64,000 nt of DNA from the NCBI GenBank assembly GCA_963924565.1, contig OZ004615.1, positions 21,452,001-21,516,000 on the forward strand, in the 5' to 3' direction. Made by a program: the position numbers and the translations under genes. The stretch comes from Ascidiella aspersa (lineage: Eukaryota). The notes under the pieces were generated by a model. It was not told the origin of the DNA. It made no database searches and saw only the letters and a program-made list of their open reading frames with translations. Positions 8,955-23,186 of the stretch are shown one piece after another (within the stretch, counting starts at the first letter, position 1; every line of letters begins with the position of its first letter).

Positions 8955-11900
8955 CTAGATAGAAAAAATAATTTTGTAAAAAGGTGTGTAAACAAAATAG
9001 GCATCTTTATATGAAAGGAAAAATTGCCCATTTTATTTTATTTTAATTGGTCAAATAGACTAGTTCAAAGTGTTAAAACTTATATAAAATCGTGTTGGAA
9101 AAAAAATGTTAAGTTACACCAAATTAAACTAATTAGCAGTTGTTTATTAAAATGGGTAGTTAACTAGTTGGTCAATCGAATTGGTTAATTAAAACGTAGC
9201 AACCAAGTTAAGAAAAACAGTGGTATGTTCAGGGTTCAATTTACTAGTGGCTTAGCATAGTATTCCACCCCAGACTTTTAATCAACAAAAATGTGTACTT
9301 TGACACAAAAATATTGCAGCATGAAACAATGTTTGCTTCGGAACCCCCAAAAAATCTTTAAAATAACATATCCCGCTAAAAGAAGACTTGTTGGCAATTG
9401 GCATGGCGTCAGCCAAGGGCACTCAGTAGTGCTTTCACACAACAAAATAGGCACGACATTGAAGTTACTGGAGGACAATGAAAAGCCGGCGAAAGTTTCG
9501 TTTTGGCGACTTGGTCGTGCCTAATGCCCCAAACAAACACATGAAAGTTAGCTTTGCCGAGCGAACGGCAAACACTTTTGCGCTTGAGTTCGCCTTAAAA
9601 GACGCGTATAACGCATATGTAAACGACTAAGGCCTGTCGCGACGTTTCTGCGCATCAGTTCAGCATTTAGGCTAGCAATGGTTTCCCTTGAAAAGGTCGC
9701 AAAACTACACGGGCCGTGTCGTGTCTTCGTTACGGGTGAGCTGAATTCAAGCCTCGGGCTAGCGGGAACAAACCAATCGTGACGTAACAGAAGGCGGCAG
9801 TGTGACGTTGCTGCCGGGTCACCTACGTCATTGCGAGGTTTCCAGGCCGCGGTTAAAAAAGCAATGCATATATCGCCCAACCGTACATGCAGGTAAAAGT
9901 TTTGCGTGTAAGACAACCAGTTTGCATATTAACTGCAGCTAATTTTGCATAGGCATCGTGTTACCTCCTAATATTTAAAGAACATGTTTATACAAATGTT
10001 TAAAGTAAAATAAATTGCAAAGCCAAAAAGGTCGAGTAGATCGACATCATCTTATTAACTGAAGGCGATACAAGTTCGTATCAAATCGTCTTGACTAACA
10101 TGACCTTTTTGGTTTTGCAATTAATTATCAAGCTATATAACAGATCCGTGCATAGAGTGCCCATTTAAATTAAAGCATCAACATTTTTTTCATTTTACGC
10201 CTATTTAGGCATAACTTTTAGTATCGATTTTCACAGGATCATTTTTACAAAAGCGTAGGCTTCAATGTACGTTGGACACGACCTTATAGTAGTATTGCGA
10301 ACACAAATTCGAACGACAAAGTAGGAGAAACGTAGGTTTCGGAGACGCAGTGACGTTTCCGTTCATTACCAAGAAAAACACTTACGCTCAGCGCAACGGG
10401 TATGGCCGCTTATAAAAAGCCTTTTTTAATTCAAACAGCAGCGGGAAATGAAGAGGTGGAAAAAAGGACGACGGTAATGTCGAAGGTGGTCAAAAGGCTT
10501 GCACTTAATAATTCCCGGTAAAATTCGAAAGGCGTTCAAGGCAACCAATATATCGCCTTCGTCGTGACGCCTATGTCCATATTGTTTCCCACGGGAAAGC
10601 GTGGCATCATTAGATCGATAGGCATAAATCCGCAAGGCATTAGAGCTGACACCTTAAAAACGGCATCGAAAGCATTACGAATCGATGCTTTTCAATATAT
10701 GACCATTTTTTGACACATGGAGAATTTTAACGATTAAGAATTGTGATAAATAACGTTTAATCTAAGACTACCAAAAAGTAAAAAAATGTGTTTTTTATGC
10801 TTTAACTTTTTTAGAGTTTTGCACATATTAAATTTTAACGATCAATAATTGTGATATTCTTATTGCGTCTTACTACAACCTCCAACCATTATGCTCCAAA
10901 GAATTGTGATAAATAACGTTTAAATTGATAGTACAAAAAAACTTTTAAAAAATTGTGTTTTTTCAGCTTTAAATCTTTCAGCGTTTTTTTCGTCATAGTG
11001 GCCTTTAGTGTACCTAACAGATGCTTTGTTTACCTAAACAACTATGGCGGGGTGATATCTTACCGCTAACGATGAATAAGAATGTCTTGAACGTGATTTT
11101 TATATTTTTACAGAGACTTTAACAACAAGGTGTGACGGCCATATAAAAACTAGGAGAGTCAACGACCAAGTTCAGCAAACAGTTCGAAGTCTGGACGAAT
11201 TTTATTGTCACGTTAGAGCAATAAGGCGGGTTGTTTTCGGTTGTTCAATCGCGATTAATTGCTGAGGGGCGTAACGGTTGATCCTTCGCGACTATTTACT
11301 TAACGAGCCGCCAAAGCCAAGACTGGCTGGCAAAGTCGAATTAAACGTTGCTTCGTTTTGTGTGTGTGTGTGTGGGGTATGACAGCGTGTTTGGAATTTT
11401 CGGTGATTAGAAGATATAAGTGTAAAACGATCAACACAGAACTGAAATCGCAAAAACGCCAACCCCAAATTGGAAAAAGCAAAACTCTAGTCTAAAACTG
11501 ATATGTTTTTTGTGGAACATACGGCAAACTTTGAAACACAGTACACAGATTTTCGTCACAATTTTTATATAAACATATCATTGTAAGACAGAACATTTGC
11601 TAACGACGGATTGGCAAAATGTATGAATTAATGACAATATGTCGATTTAATCGAATGTCTTTTTTTAAATGTTGGTATCAAAAATGATAAATAATCTTGC
11701 TCAAAATCCACAAACATTAATAAAAACCAAAAATAGTCTCGATTATTTATTGGAAAACAACATTTACGAAACCAGATACTTTTTTACTAGGTAGAAGGCA
11801 GTAACTTAACGAGCGCTGCGACCCAACAGTACAAGAACCGCCCAAAAAATTGACACTAGCAAGACACTAAACAGAAGCTGGACTGCGCAAGACGACACCG

Positions 11901-14900
11901 AAGTGCCTTATAATAAGATTTAAAGCGCCATTGTTCACTTCGCGGCAAGGAATTGGTGGCAGTTGATCTGCGATTCAGTCCGACGACTGTGTAACCTTAT
12001 TGGAGCAGCCAGAACAAATATAACACGGACTGACGCACTGCGCTTGCCAAATAAACGGAAACTTCAAGTGGGCTTTGAGAATCACAGGGCAGACGGGCGG
12101 GCTAGGACTTTTCAGGGCGACACATAATTGGAAACAAAATAAATGTACTGAGTGTTGTTGTTTAAGAACAAAACTACAACTCGGTGTTACTAGTATTTGA
12201 AAATAAAATTTCCACGATTTTTGAGAATTTTAACTATAAAATAATTAAAAAAATTGTTAACTTCGACTTAAAATATTCAAAAAATAGAAAAAAAAAATTA
12301 TGTAGCTAAAATGTCAAGGCCTCGGATTGAAAAGAACAAATCTTGAGTGGAAAAGCTTAAGTCGCAAAAACGCGGTTGTAATGTGGATTCGGCCGTTTCT
12401 TTTTACCTCCCGCGAATAGTTACAAGCGTAAATTGAACGGTGAACACTTCAATCATCATACGATAACAGCATTTGTTTCATCGTGCCAAATGGCCGGATG
12501 TGTTTGACCCGTATTGGCTTGTTAGGATTTAATTACTTCCGTTATGTGGGCCCGAATCGCACCATATTGCCCCACAGACAGCTGCTTGCGCTTACTTCTG
12601 TTAAGCGGCCAAAAGGTGTGACATTGCAGTTTGCCAGTTGTTGACACTAGGCGCGATTTTTAAAGCAGTCAACAGCTTTATTACATGGTTAGAAATGGGA
12701 ACAAAATGCAAGCAATTCGGGTGACAAAATTCGCTCCTTTTCGAGTTCGACTTGCTTGGGAATAACATTATCAAATCTGTGTATGTACAGCGATATTTTA
12801 TTGCAGTCAACAGTGTCTTTATTATTATTTTTATGCTACATCGTAAAACTCGAATAAAATGCCAGCAATTTAGGTGTCAAAAGTCACTTCTTTTATCGGT
12901 TCTGATTCTGTTGGAATAACAACATCTTTTAATATATGAAAAGGACATCAACAACATTTTTTTAATTTAATAGGGGATCACGTAAAGTCATCTTTTGATT
13001 AGGTTTGTCACCCAGAAATCGTTCGTACAGCCATATAAGGTAAAACACAAATGTCAATAAGAAGTGTATGCATTTATATTGTGCAACGATGGATCACACT
13101 CGCGAATCGTAACTTTTCTTAACAATTGACGACATAGGGCACACTTAATTAACAGGAATAAGACATTTTTCACGTAGCAATAAAACGGTCTAAAACAACT
13201 TAACCTTGGTCACTCAACAATCTCATAGTAAGACACCGACATCACATGTAAATTCTTGTCAAGCGCGTATATTTTGGCTAAAAGCTTTTTGTTGACATTT
13301 GAGTAGTTTGGTGTAAACTTGTTTATACAGGATTTGACCCTTGCGAATCCAGGGATGTTCCCTACACATATTTTTTGTAAAAACGTTGTAACATACTTCA
13401 ACGTTTAAAATACCAAATGTTTTTGGTTTTATATTTTGCCGAATTTAACAAACACCAAAATTGAACCGAATTTATAAAAGACTATACGTACATCAGTCAC
13501 CGGCGTATTAAACTGTGGGTTCTGGGTTGTAATCACTTTTATTAATATATTTTCTTAAACCGTGTATTGTGCAAGGCGGATTGAAAATGTAAAGTATCCT
13601 TAAAAATGTAAAGTATCCAAATGTAAAGTATTCAAGACTAATTCGTTGTCACAGTTTTACTTTTCCGCAAAAATGCAAATATCAGGCAACTTTACATGGT
13701 AAAATATTTCCTACCATGAGCAAAATACAAATACAACTTTTTTGGAACCTGTGTGCAAGGTTAAACAAGGTTTTATGGGGTATAATAGCACACTTACTCG
13801 AGCGTAACTCATGTAAACGACGATTGTTTTGCTTTCAGCAGTATACGTTTTACAAACAGGTCGTCTAAGCCGGAGACCCAAAGCTACGCAACGCGAGCCT
13901 TAATACGCGCAACATGAAAATACTGGATTTTTTTCTAACACCAGTCCGACATGTCGTGATTGAGTAATTGGATCGGGTCCGGATCGCCGCGAAAATGTTC
14001 AAATTAATAATTAATGGCGGAGACAAGCGGCCAAAAACCTGAGAGGGTAGGGTTTTTTTCGCACAGCGCTAAAATTACGCGCCGGTGGCCGACGGGGCGT
14101 TTCAGCACCTTGCCAAACGCAAACGCATAAGTCGGATGTGTCGTTGCTTAAATATTTATGACGCCGCGGCTTGGCGATAGGCTCCTTGGTACGCGGCTAC
14201 GCTCTTACATAAATTGATGAAAGGTTTTACCGCCGCGCAAATGTCCATTTGGTTCGTTTGCAATTGCGCGTTGGCCGTAATGGAAAATCGCCTTGCAAAC
14301 TCGGGTTTGGGCGCTGTCCGATCAATTAAAGACGGCAAAAGCCTAAAGACACACGATTCACCCGAAACTAATTATACGTAAGCAGCAATCGTTGGTCAAA
14401 AAGCAGCTACAGAATGGCTGTGTCACAGTTATTGAACACAAATGTATGTGTATCTTTTATTAAAAGCCAACGGCTGGCATTTTGAGAAAAATACTGGAAA
14501 GATCGGTGGAAAGTTACAGAAAAAGTCGCACTCTTAAAACACCGCTAACGGCCGCAGATTTCATCAGAATAGTTTCTGAACAACTGCATACACACGTTTC
14601 CGTGAAATATTTTCGGCAATAGGTCCAAATGCCTCCCACAAAACTCGCAATAAACCGATTTCGCAGTTTGCCGCCGAACAAAAGCGCAAACGTTGATAAG
14701 CAAAAATGTAGGAGGGACTAAACATCCGATTCTGAACAAACAAAAAAAACAGCAGAGCGAACAAAAACGCTTTAATAGGCGACGGCGGGAAATCGTCATG
14801 AGGCCTGTAATTATGAGTCGGGGCGGAAATACGGCTTATCATTGGGATTAGGATTTGACAAGTTGGCGAAGCACAGCGGCGGCCCATTGACTGGAATGAG

Positions 14901-16020
14901 CTCAAATCACGGACAAGGGGAAAAGACCTGCTGTGCTTGTTTGTGTGTTCCACTATGGGAGGAAATAAGTATCAAGGACTGGTCCTGAACCACTTGAATT
15001 TTTGGAAACATGAAGAGAATAGGTAGTAAGAATAATAAAGCCCATAGAGAAGTAGGTATCATTTTGAATGTTTCGAATAAGTCCTATTCATTTTGTTTAA
15101 CATTGTTTTATTTTATTTTCAACATTTTATTTGAAATGATTGATATGCTACCTCCTTATGAAACGGCTTTGATATCTTACTACAACATCAAACCATTATG
15201 TTTCAATGAACAGAATAACATCACAAATAAATATCCACTAAAGAAATTGTTTTTCACACAATTATGTACCCAAAGAATTTGAAGTAACTACTTTGAATTG
15301 TAACTTCTGTCTGTTATACCTTTACAATTGTTGAATCAAAGACACTACGTACAACTTTGTATTTATTTTGTATATGGTAATATGTTATGTCTCTAGATTA
15401 TATATGTTTTTTTTATTATAAATGTCATTATGTCACCTGTTTCAACAGTGTGTCATCATTTTATTTGATAATTTTAAGTACAAGGAAATTAAATTAATTT
15501 TGTGTTTGCAAATATTGTCATTATGTCATAGTCATTGTTTATAGTTTTAGTAACAGTAAATTAAAATTAGCCCTGCACTTAGTTCGGATTTCCATACATG
15601 TTGACAGACAATTTGTATTTACATTGCAGATGTAGATTCATTTAAATCCAGTTTAAATAGAACACAATGGACATTTAACTTGAGGGTCATTCCTAAGACT
15701 AAAACGGAAAACAATGAGTTGCATATCTTTGAGAACAACGATGCACACCTTTAAAACACTTAAAATTATGAGAAATCAATCATACAACAAAATACTGCCC
15801 GTAAAAATTTTTTGGAAAAATTTTCACAGCTTTATTCAACTTTAGGTCCCAGTTCCAGGGCATGCAAAACTGCTGGGTGCCATTTATAAAAAAGGATTTT
15901 TGTCTGCTTGGCATTTTCAATTCCCAAAGTGCAGGAAATCAATAATGTCATTTGCCTTCCACTTTAAACACCAAACAAAGTCATCCCATGGGGATGTGTT
16001 TTAGTGATCTAAGCTATTTA

Positions 16021-16430
16021 GCCTGGGTAGTGTCCAAAGACAAGTATTTATCATTATTGCCTTAACCTTAGTCAGGAATCAGGATACACAAAATAAAAAA
16101 AAGTACCAAATCAATTATCACATTAAATACACCATGGTAAGTAATTTTGGTAACACTTCTGCAAAATAAAAATTGTGATAGCAAACGTTGTCACTGCTAG
16201 CACAACTTGTTTCAAATAACAGAAATATTTGCCTGGGTAGTGTCCAGAAGACAAGTATTTATCATTATGGCCTTTTCAAAATAAAAAAAATATTTACCAA
16301 AGCAAAATTATCACATTAAATACACTATAATATGTAATTTTGCATTATTTGGGTAATACTTTTTTTAAATAAACTTGTGTTAGCGTTGTCACTGCTAGCA
16401 CGGCTTGTTTTAAATAACAGAAACATTTGT
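16021..16430. repeat. Tandem duplication, about 210 bp x2
   Basis: GCCTGGGTAGTGTCCA at 16021 and 16231 with co-linear downstream sequence. Confidence 0.85.
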
Positions 16431-16452
16431 TATTTGAGTTGAGCAAACTTAC

Positions 16453-16524
16453 CCGAATTCTTCTCATAGCAACGACAATTTCCATCCTTCCCGTTGGGCG
16501 AGGTACATCCAATGTGCCAATATA
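16453..16524 (-). CDS. NOS1AP: NOS1AP coding exon 2, PTB domain ([24 protein letters not shown])
   Basis: 72 nt, CAG acceptor and GTAAGT donor. Matches CAPON [24 protein letters not shown]. Confidence 0.95.
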
Positions 16525-16882
16525 CTGACAAAACATAAACAAAAGTTACAGCTAACAGTATACAAAGAATAATTTCATTTATTACAAAAAATTGTATTAA
16601 ATCATTTGGATTAACTATCATCTTGGTCATTAACACTGAACAACACTATAGTGCCTCGGCCAAATGGCTTATATTTTATCAGTCATTTAAACCAAACTTC
16701 TTATTTAAATCAATATTAACAGACACAATTTATTTATTGCCACAACATGGATGAGCTTGGGTAATTGGACAACTTTTGCACACTTTCCTAGTACCACAAT
16801 GGAAAGAACAAATTTGTGTATGAGTTTATGAATGATAGCTCTAAAACTTAAATTACCTGCGCATTATTAAAACTCAGTTTAC

Positions 16883-16999
16883 CTTCGACTTGAATTGTAT
16901 TCCGTGTTGAAAAGCCTCCTCATTGTGCAAAGGAAGTCTTGTGTCGTAAGTATCATCGACAAGGTTATAATCCTTCCGGCGTGTTAAGCGTGTAGGCAT
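16883..16999 (-). CDS. NOS1AP: NOS1AP/CAPON orthologue, coding exon 1 ([39 protein letters not shown])
   Basis: Translation matches the N-terminus of vertebrate CAPON (YNLVDD..D.R.PLHNE.AFQHGI.F..K). 117 nt, GTAAAC donor, phase 0. A polypyrimidine/AG acceptor puts the exon start (5' UTR) at 17054. Confidence 0.95.
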
Positions 17000-19989
17000 G
17001 ATTAGGATACACTTACTATTAAAAACGGCAACAAATGTGTTGCTGGTGTTCAAACTAGCACGGAAAGGGAAAACATACAACTTTAAAATGTACCCAAAAA
17101 GTTTTATTTGGCAACATTCCGAAATAAGTCAGTTAAGAAAGCTGTTGGTTTCTCAAAATGATAACATTAGACTAAGATTGTGCCTTGATTTAAGCATTCA
17201 TATAAGTAAAATTTAAACTCCTTTATTTCAAACATAATAACCAAGAAACGATAACATGGAAATGCTTGATATTTTATGTTAGGTTCTTGATTAAAACATC
17301 ATACTTCACTACAACTATAAAACAGAAGCTTGGCATTTATCAGTCATTGTATAACTTATGTACAAAACCACCAGTTTACTAAGAATAATATTATTTTTAA
17401 AAATAGATTAACATAGTTTCTAAAAGTTGAACTGCAAATTTCTTTGAAAGTCTAACACAATTCAGAAAATTTAAACAGTTTTATTAAGTAATGAAAATAC
17501 ATTTATTGGTATTTCAAAATATTGGGGCCCTTATTTGGTACGTAAAATAAATCAAAAGTTTAAATGCATAAAAACTGACATATACAAGGCTAAACAACCT
17601 GACAAACTAAAATAGAATTGATTTAACTGTTTCGGATATGCCCCAGGCTAAACAACAACAATTCTACGTTGATTATAGGTTCTTGCGGACTCCGACAAAC
17701 TAGCTATGATTTAGGACTTAGTTTATCATCATTTAATCAAGTAGAAAAATAACATTTTCATTCACTCGTTGAACGAACAAGATATGTAATGAACCGTTTG
17801 TTGCTACGTCCTATTGCTTTACTGTATTTCCACATTACGTAAAGCAAAAGAAAAAAGGTTTCGCCTTTCTTCAAGTAAAGTGATCTCTAGCGCCTCTACA
17901 CGCAGCATTCTTTATAACAAATATGCGCTAGGGCCGTGCAAACAGGTTATATAAGAGCAATGTAAATAAGGTCTGCGGCCAGAGTCCGACTCCCAAATAT
18001 TTTCTTGCCCGCAACGCCAATCAGTCCATTTAACCAATATGTTTTATTTTGTTGTTATTTTTAAAACGTTCAATAGCCTTTTTGCCCTTTTATCACACCA
18101 AGGTTATTGAAATAGCTTAATGTTAACTAGGGCTAACACGTTTTAGAAAGATATTATTTAATTCAGAACCTCAAAAACTAAGAGACGAAATCATTAAGTG
18201 AAATGAATATGTATTTTGTCTTTAGGCCTAGGCTGTAAGATATCGCCTGGTTTATGCATTAGGATTAATTCGAACTTCGTTTTTGGTTCAGAACGTTGTG
18301 TACCGGTATCTCTGATATAAACAAATATATTGGTCAGTATTTGGTGTATCTATTTCAGTGTTCAGTGGAGATTTGATATTATTCCACTTCCTATTGCCAT
18401 ATTATAAAACACATCTGTTTGTCTTATTTCAAGAGTTATATATAAACCCGAAAAAAAAAACCTAAACCCATATAAGGTAACGCAAAAGTAATATTTCAAA
18501 AATATTTTTTTAACAAAGTGAAAGACACCGGGCGTGTGGCGCGTCCTAAATATACTACAATGGTTTTCAACTATTACACTGAAGCGAAAGACGGAGTATC
18601 CTCACGTTCAGAACCTATAAAATACGATTGCAAAATGATTGGAATTTTTTGTCCTTAATTGACCATCGCATCGTCAAATAACTTTGGCTGCTCTTCCAAA
18701 AAAGGCCAAATGTGGTAAAGCAGAATTATCAGTGGGGATGGATATTGGATTGGAGCCGATACCAAGTGGTTATACTTTTATTCATCCGATAAGCGGGGGG
18801 GGGGGGGGGTGTCGTATACCTAATTTATAGGAATTTCAACCATGACCATGCAGCGACTCTATACATTTGAAGGTAGTTTATTTTCATCTTTGTCGTAAAA
18901 ATGAAACGTTAAAGTATTAAAATTGGTGAACTCGTTTTTATGAGCAAAAACTTCTTTAAAACTCAACAAACATGCAACGTATAGCAAACTTGTCGTTTAA
19001 CAATAACATACTTTTGATAAGCTGTTGTAGGTAGAACGTGTTGTCCCGGTCGTAAAACAGAAGCCTGCTAATTGCCCATGACTTAGTTGTTCATTGCTGG
19101 GAGCATATGCATCGCCTTTACGTTGTTTGCCACTCTATACGCGGCTTCAGGTTAATGAATTGTTCAAATTTTACCCGAAACCTTGTTACAATAAAAACTT
19201 GAGCACCTGGATATAAATACGACCTAAAACTTTAATGTTTTGACTTAATTGAGCATAATTTTTAGTCCCCGCAATTAGTACTTTTTTGTGTTTTCATATT
19301 TCTGAATTTCTATGAAACATTGTTAAAACAGAAAGATTGTTTCCAAAGCTTACCGATACTAGGGCTATTTTTGACTTTTTGTCAAGTAATCGGTATAGGT
19401 ATCGGAAACTTGTCGTTTAACATACAAAAATCGAGATAAACGACCTAATTTTAAAAACAATGCTTAATCGAAGAACAAGTCAAGTCTTTTTTCCGAAAGA
19501 CTTAAGTTAATCATTTCAAAACAGTGACTTAAATGCAAGTCACTGACTTAAGCCACTACAACACTGGAACTACAGTCGAAAGGAGTGTTATCAGAAAAAA
19601 TGCGAGGAATGCGCAAAAAAATAACTTATTACATTCCTTCCTCTTTTAATTTTACAGTTTTGAGGACCTCCGATGTAATTTTTTAGCTGTTCAAAGTCCT
19701 AAAAGTTGTACTTCCCAACAATAGCGGACTAGACGAAATTGATGGCTTTTGAATAGGCTATAGCATTCGGAAAAAAGGAGGCCTAATAATCAGAGATGTC
19801 CAAAACTGGACATTTTATTCCGATAAAAATATTTGATAATTTGGACAATGTTGTTTTGCGATCTAAACCAATAGCAAATGACCTCATTACAATGTTACAA
19901 GCAGAATAGATAAAATTGATACGCTTAAAGGCACTTTTTCAAGATTACTAGTTAGAATTTGCTTCAGCTTTAAGAAGTTGTTAACCCGT

Positions 19990-20425
19990 CCAAGGCAAGT
20001 CATTTGTGAAATAACTTATTTTTAAGTCAAGTTTTAATAAATAAATAAAAAGTCAAGTCCCAGAAGAGTCAATATTACAACAAGTCAATTCCACGTTAAG
20101 TTCTTATCGTAAAAATGAATTGGTATACATTTAAAATTGGTATCCTCGTCCGATTATTTATATTAATTGCAATAACTCAACTAAAAATAACAAACACCCA
20201 CAACATAAGAAATACAATTATTTCAAGTGCAAAAATTAAAATAAACAACTCAAGTTTATAAAAAATATGCCTAATGAAAACACTTTATCTCAACCCAAGT
20301 CATTTGCCCAAAAGACCTACCCAAGAACCCAAGTCAAGTAATTTGAGTAAATGACTAAGTCTAAGTCAAGTCATTAGTTTAAAAGAGTAAGTCAAGTCAA
20401 GCCATTGACTTAAGTCATAACGCTG
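19990..20425 (+). mobile_element. AAGTC-rich MITE (further fragments at 19476-19566 and 26403-26570)
   Basis: Same AAGTCAAGTC motifs and internal AAAATTGGT...CTCGTCCGATTAT block. Confidence 0.75.
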
Positions 20426-21257
20426 TGTGATATATATTGTATGTACATATACGATACGTATCACAAAACAGACGATATAAATAGGTTTCCTTGATCTTTT
20501 AGAGAGACGAATTATCAGCATCTTCGGGGAATTGTTTCGTCCGATTTGACTTTTTGGGTCGTTCTTGATTTTAGGCCAATGCCAGACGTTATTTGATACG
20601 TACGGTTACGACCAGAAAACCCTAAGGGTCGTAGGCAATAAAGGACAGTGACTTGATTAAATTACAAACGATTTATTTCGTCTAACTAACGATCCTTCGT
20701 CTGAGCTCATATGCGTAGGGTTAGCATTATCACTTAAACGGCAAATTAGAAAGTTTTCCTTAATGGTATTTTGGTCAATTTTTTAATAGTTTTAAGCCGT
20801 CATATTTCATTGCAGTAACAAGTTCTACAAATGAAAACGCCAGACACGAATCTGATCAGTTTGAAACAGTTTCGCAGAAAACATGGAAAAGTTAAATGTA
20901 ACAAAACGCCGTGATAACGACTAGCCATCACGTTTAGGTTTGTTGCGCAGGACCATTTTACTTTTAAGGTATAGGACCATTATATAAGGCCGTGGTTCAG
21001 GTAGCAGTAAGCCTTTTGTGTGTGTTTTTTCAGGCGAACTATAATAGAAATGAACCCCGATGAAGTAGGATCAGTGGACAGTTTTTACATACAAATTACT
21101 TTAGAAAAGGGAAATAGATTGACAAAAAAGCATTTCGTCAGAAGCGTATGCAAGAAATGTTGTCTCGAGGAATTAGTTTTCAGTTGACCAGTATTGCCGT
21201 TTATCTAAAAATAGCCGTGCATTTGTCATACTGAATTAAACACGGCATATTTCTTAC

Positions 21258-21880
21258 CTATAATTGTTTCACAAGCACTCTGGCATAAAATTAAACTCGA
21301 AAAAATTTCAACCCGGTTGTTTTCAGGAAATGTGGAAACTGAAAATTAGCTTCGAGCGGAAATAAATTGAAACCAAGCGTTACGGAAACGAGTTTCCTAA
21401 CAATCCGACGATCTCGTGGGCCTGGCAGTTCATTTTTTTTACAAGTCCAGCAACTTCGTCTTGATAACTGCAGAGGAAACCTATCGGAATCGAACATCGC
21501 AGTTTCATTGAGCGCCATAAAACTGCACTGAAGGTGCGAGTAAGCAACAGATTAAACATAATCTTAGTGGGTTAGTCACAAGAACATGGATTCAGCATCC
21601 CGAAATCGGTGGATTTTTTTAAAGAAGCTCGCAAGCCCGTACTGCTGCATCTTCTGTTCTGGTGAGTGATGTTGTAATATTTATTTGGAAGTGCTGTATT
21701 TCTGATATTTTTTATATTAATTTTGAGTACTGTATTTCTGATGGCAGTAGGGCTAGTGTAAGTCATATCGTTTTAAACTACGTATTTTGTCGGAAGTTAA
21801 GAATACGAATAATGTAATCCAAAACAATTAACAAAATATACCGAAACGGCGCGCGTTCAGCACAGAATACAACACTACTG
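21258..21880 (-). other. Candidate non-coding first exon / 5' UTR of NOS1AP (upstream boundary approximate)
   Basis: Strong TAG|GTAAGAA donor at 21257 upstream of the 17054 acceptor, in non-repetitive and locally CpG-richer sequence. Confidence 0.35.
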
Positions 21881-22351
21881 GTAACATTAGGCAAAACAGC
21901 ATTCTGAGAGAATTAGGAAGTTTTTTGTGCTTAAACGAAAACGAAATAGGCTACACCAAAAACCAAACACAAAACGTGCAATAAGTTGACCATTGATAGA
22001 AACAAATCGTTATAATATTAAATCTTGTTTTAGAAGGCTTGTTATTTCTTGCTACTTTAATTTTACGGCGCTGATCTACGTAAGCCGGAAACAAAGAGTG
22101 AGCTCCATACCGACGTATTATAATATTTCGATTTAAAAGCAAAGTTAATTTTCAGGGAACTCTGCCTTTTGTTACTGAGGCAAAATGACGCTTTTCTTAG
22201 ATTGAACCAATATACATGATGTAATTTTAGTTTTCAAAGTTTTTTTTTTATTTTGAAAATTAGTTTTATTAAACAGTGTAAAAAATGAAACAATAGTTAG
22301 CGGCAATTATTAGTCAGTGCTAATACGGTGAAAAATATTATGAATATATAC

Positions 22352-22416
22352 CAGACCTGGGCAAACTAGAGCTCGCGAGCCAAATCCGGCCCGCCAAGAA
22401 TTTGAATCCGGCCCGC
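22352..22416 (+). mobile_element. Truncated Charlie-type hAT end
   Basis: CAGACCTGGGCAAACT followed by two AATCCGGCCCGC motifs; no partner TIR seen. Confidence 0.55.
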
Positions 22417-23179
22417 AGCTTACTTTTTTTAAAACGTTTTTAAGTAAAAGTAAGCTTATATTTTTTAATTTTATTTTATCGATTAAATTTAACTTTGTAA
22501 GACATCCTCATCTATTCCTATTCACCAGCTTCAAAACTAAAATATGTATAGCTTCCTTTACAAAAAACACACATTATGCTTCGTAATCCGAACCGCCAAG
22601 ACATTTTCTGGTTCTAATGCGGTTCCCTGTCAAAATACGAAAATCATAAAAATGTATACCGCCGAGCGGCCGTTTGCCCTCTGGATAGGAACTTTTATTT
22701 TACTTTTTACAACTTTAATCGCAAATATTTTGTAAAGACAAAGTAGTGGAGATATAGGGTCATCAATCACACACCTTCTTAAATGCTTTAGTGCTATATC
22801 GACCCACGCTCCACATCAGGGCAAAGTGTAAAAGAAGTTGTTTCAAGCCGCCGAATTGTCTGTTGCGCGGCGGCATCCCGACCAAATACTTTTGGGCTCG
22901 CAATTCGATCCAGGGCATTCATTGCCTATTTACACACGAAGTTTCGAGTTACGTGTTGGACTAAACGCCTTTCGCCTGTCCACCTTCTTGACTTCAGTGT
23001 TTAGTCGCGAAGGCAGAGCGTCCAAGTCAAACGACTGCTGTCTTGTAAGCTACGAAGTTTCGCAGAAAGTTTGAAGACCGAAAATCTACAAAGCAGACTA
23101 CTTGACTTGCCTTTGGATGAGCGAAACATGTGTTTTTTAGTTATTTGAAGTTGAGTGATTTTTTGCCGAATTTCCAGCT

Positions 23180-23186
23180 ATGCAAG
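23180..23186 (+). CDS. Candidate most-upstream first exon, coding part MQ, preceded by a CpG-rich UTR-like segment from about 22840
   Basis: ATGCAAG|GTAAAA, phase 1. Confidence 0.3.

Noticed and set aside
14545-14953. Overlapping minus-strand ORFs in NOS1AP intron 2 as an alternative first exon
   Set aside because: No strong donor in phase 0 and no homology. It may be regulatory DNA, but I cannot support a call.
20484-20550. FLDLLERRIISIFG resembling the PTEN/tensin LDLTYITERII motif
   Set aside because: Short, followed quickly by a stop, with no consistent exon structure or further PTP exons; likely chance.
21034-21190. Plus-strand acceptor and small ORF MNPDEVGSVDSFY...
   Set aside because: No recognisable homology; its weak donor is phase 0, incompatible with 50867.
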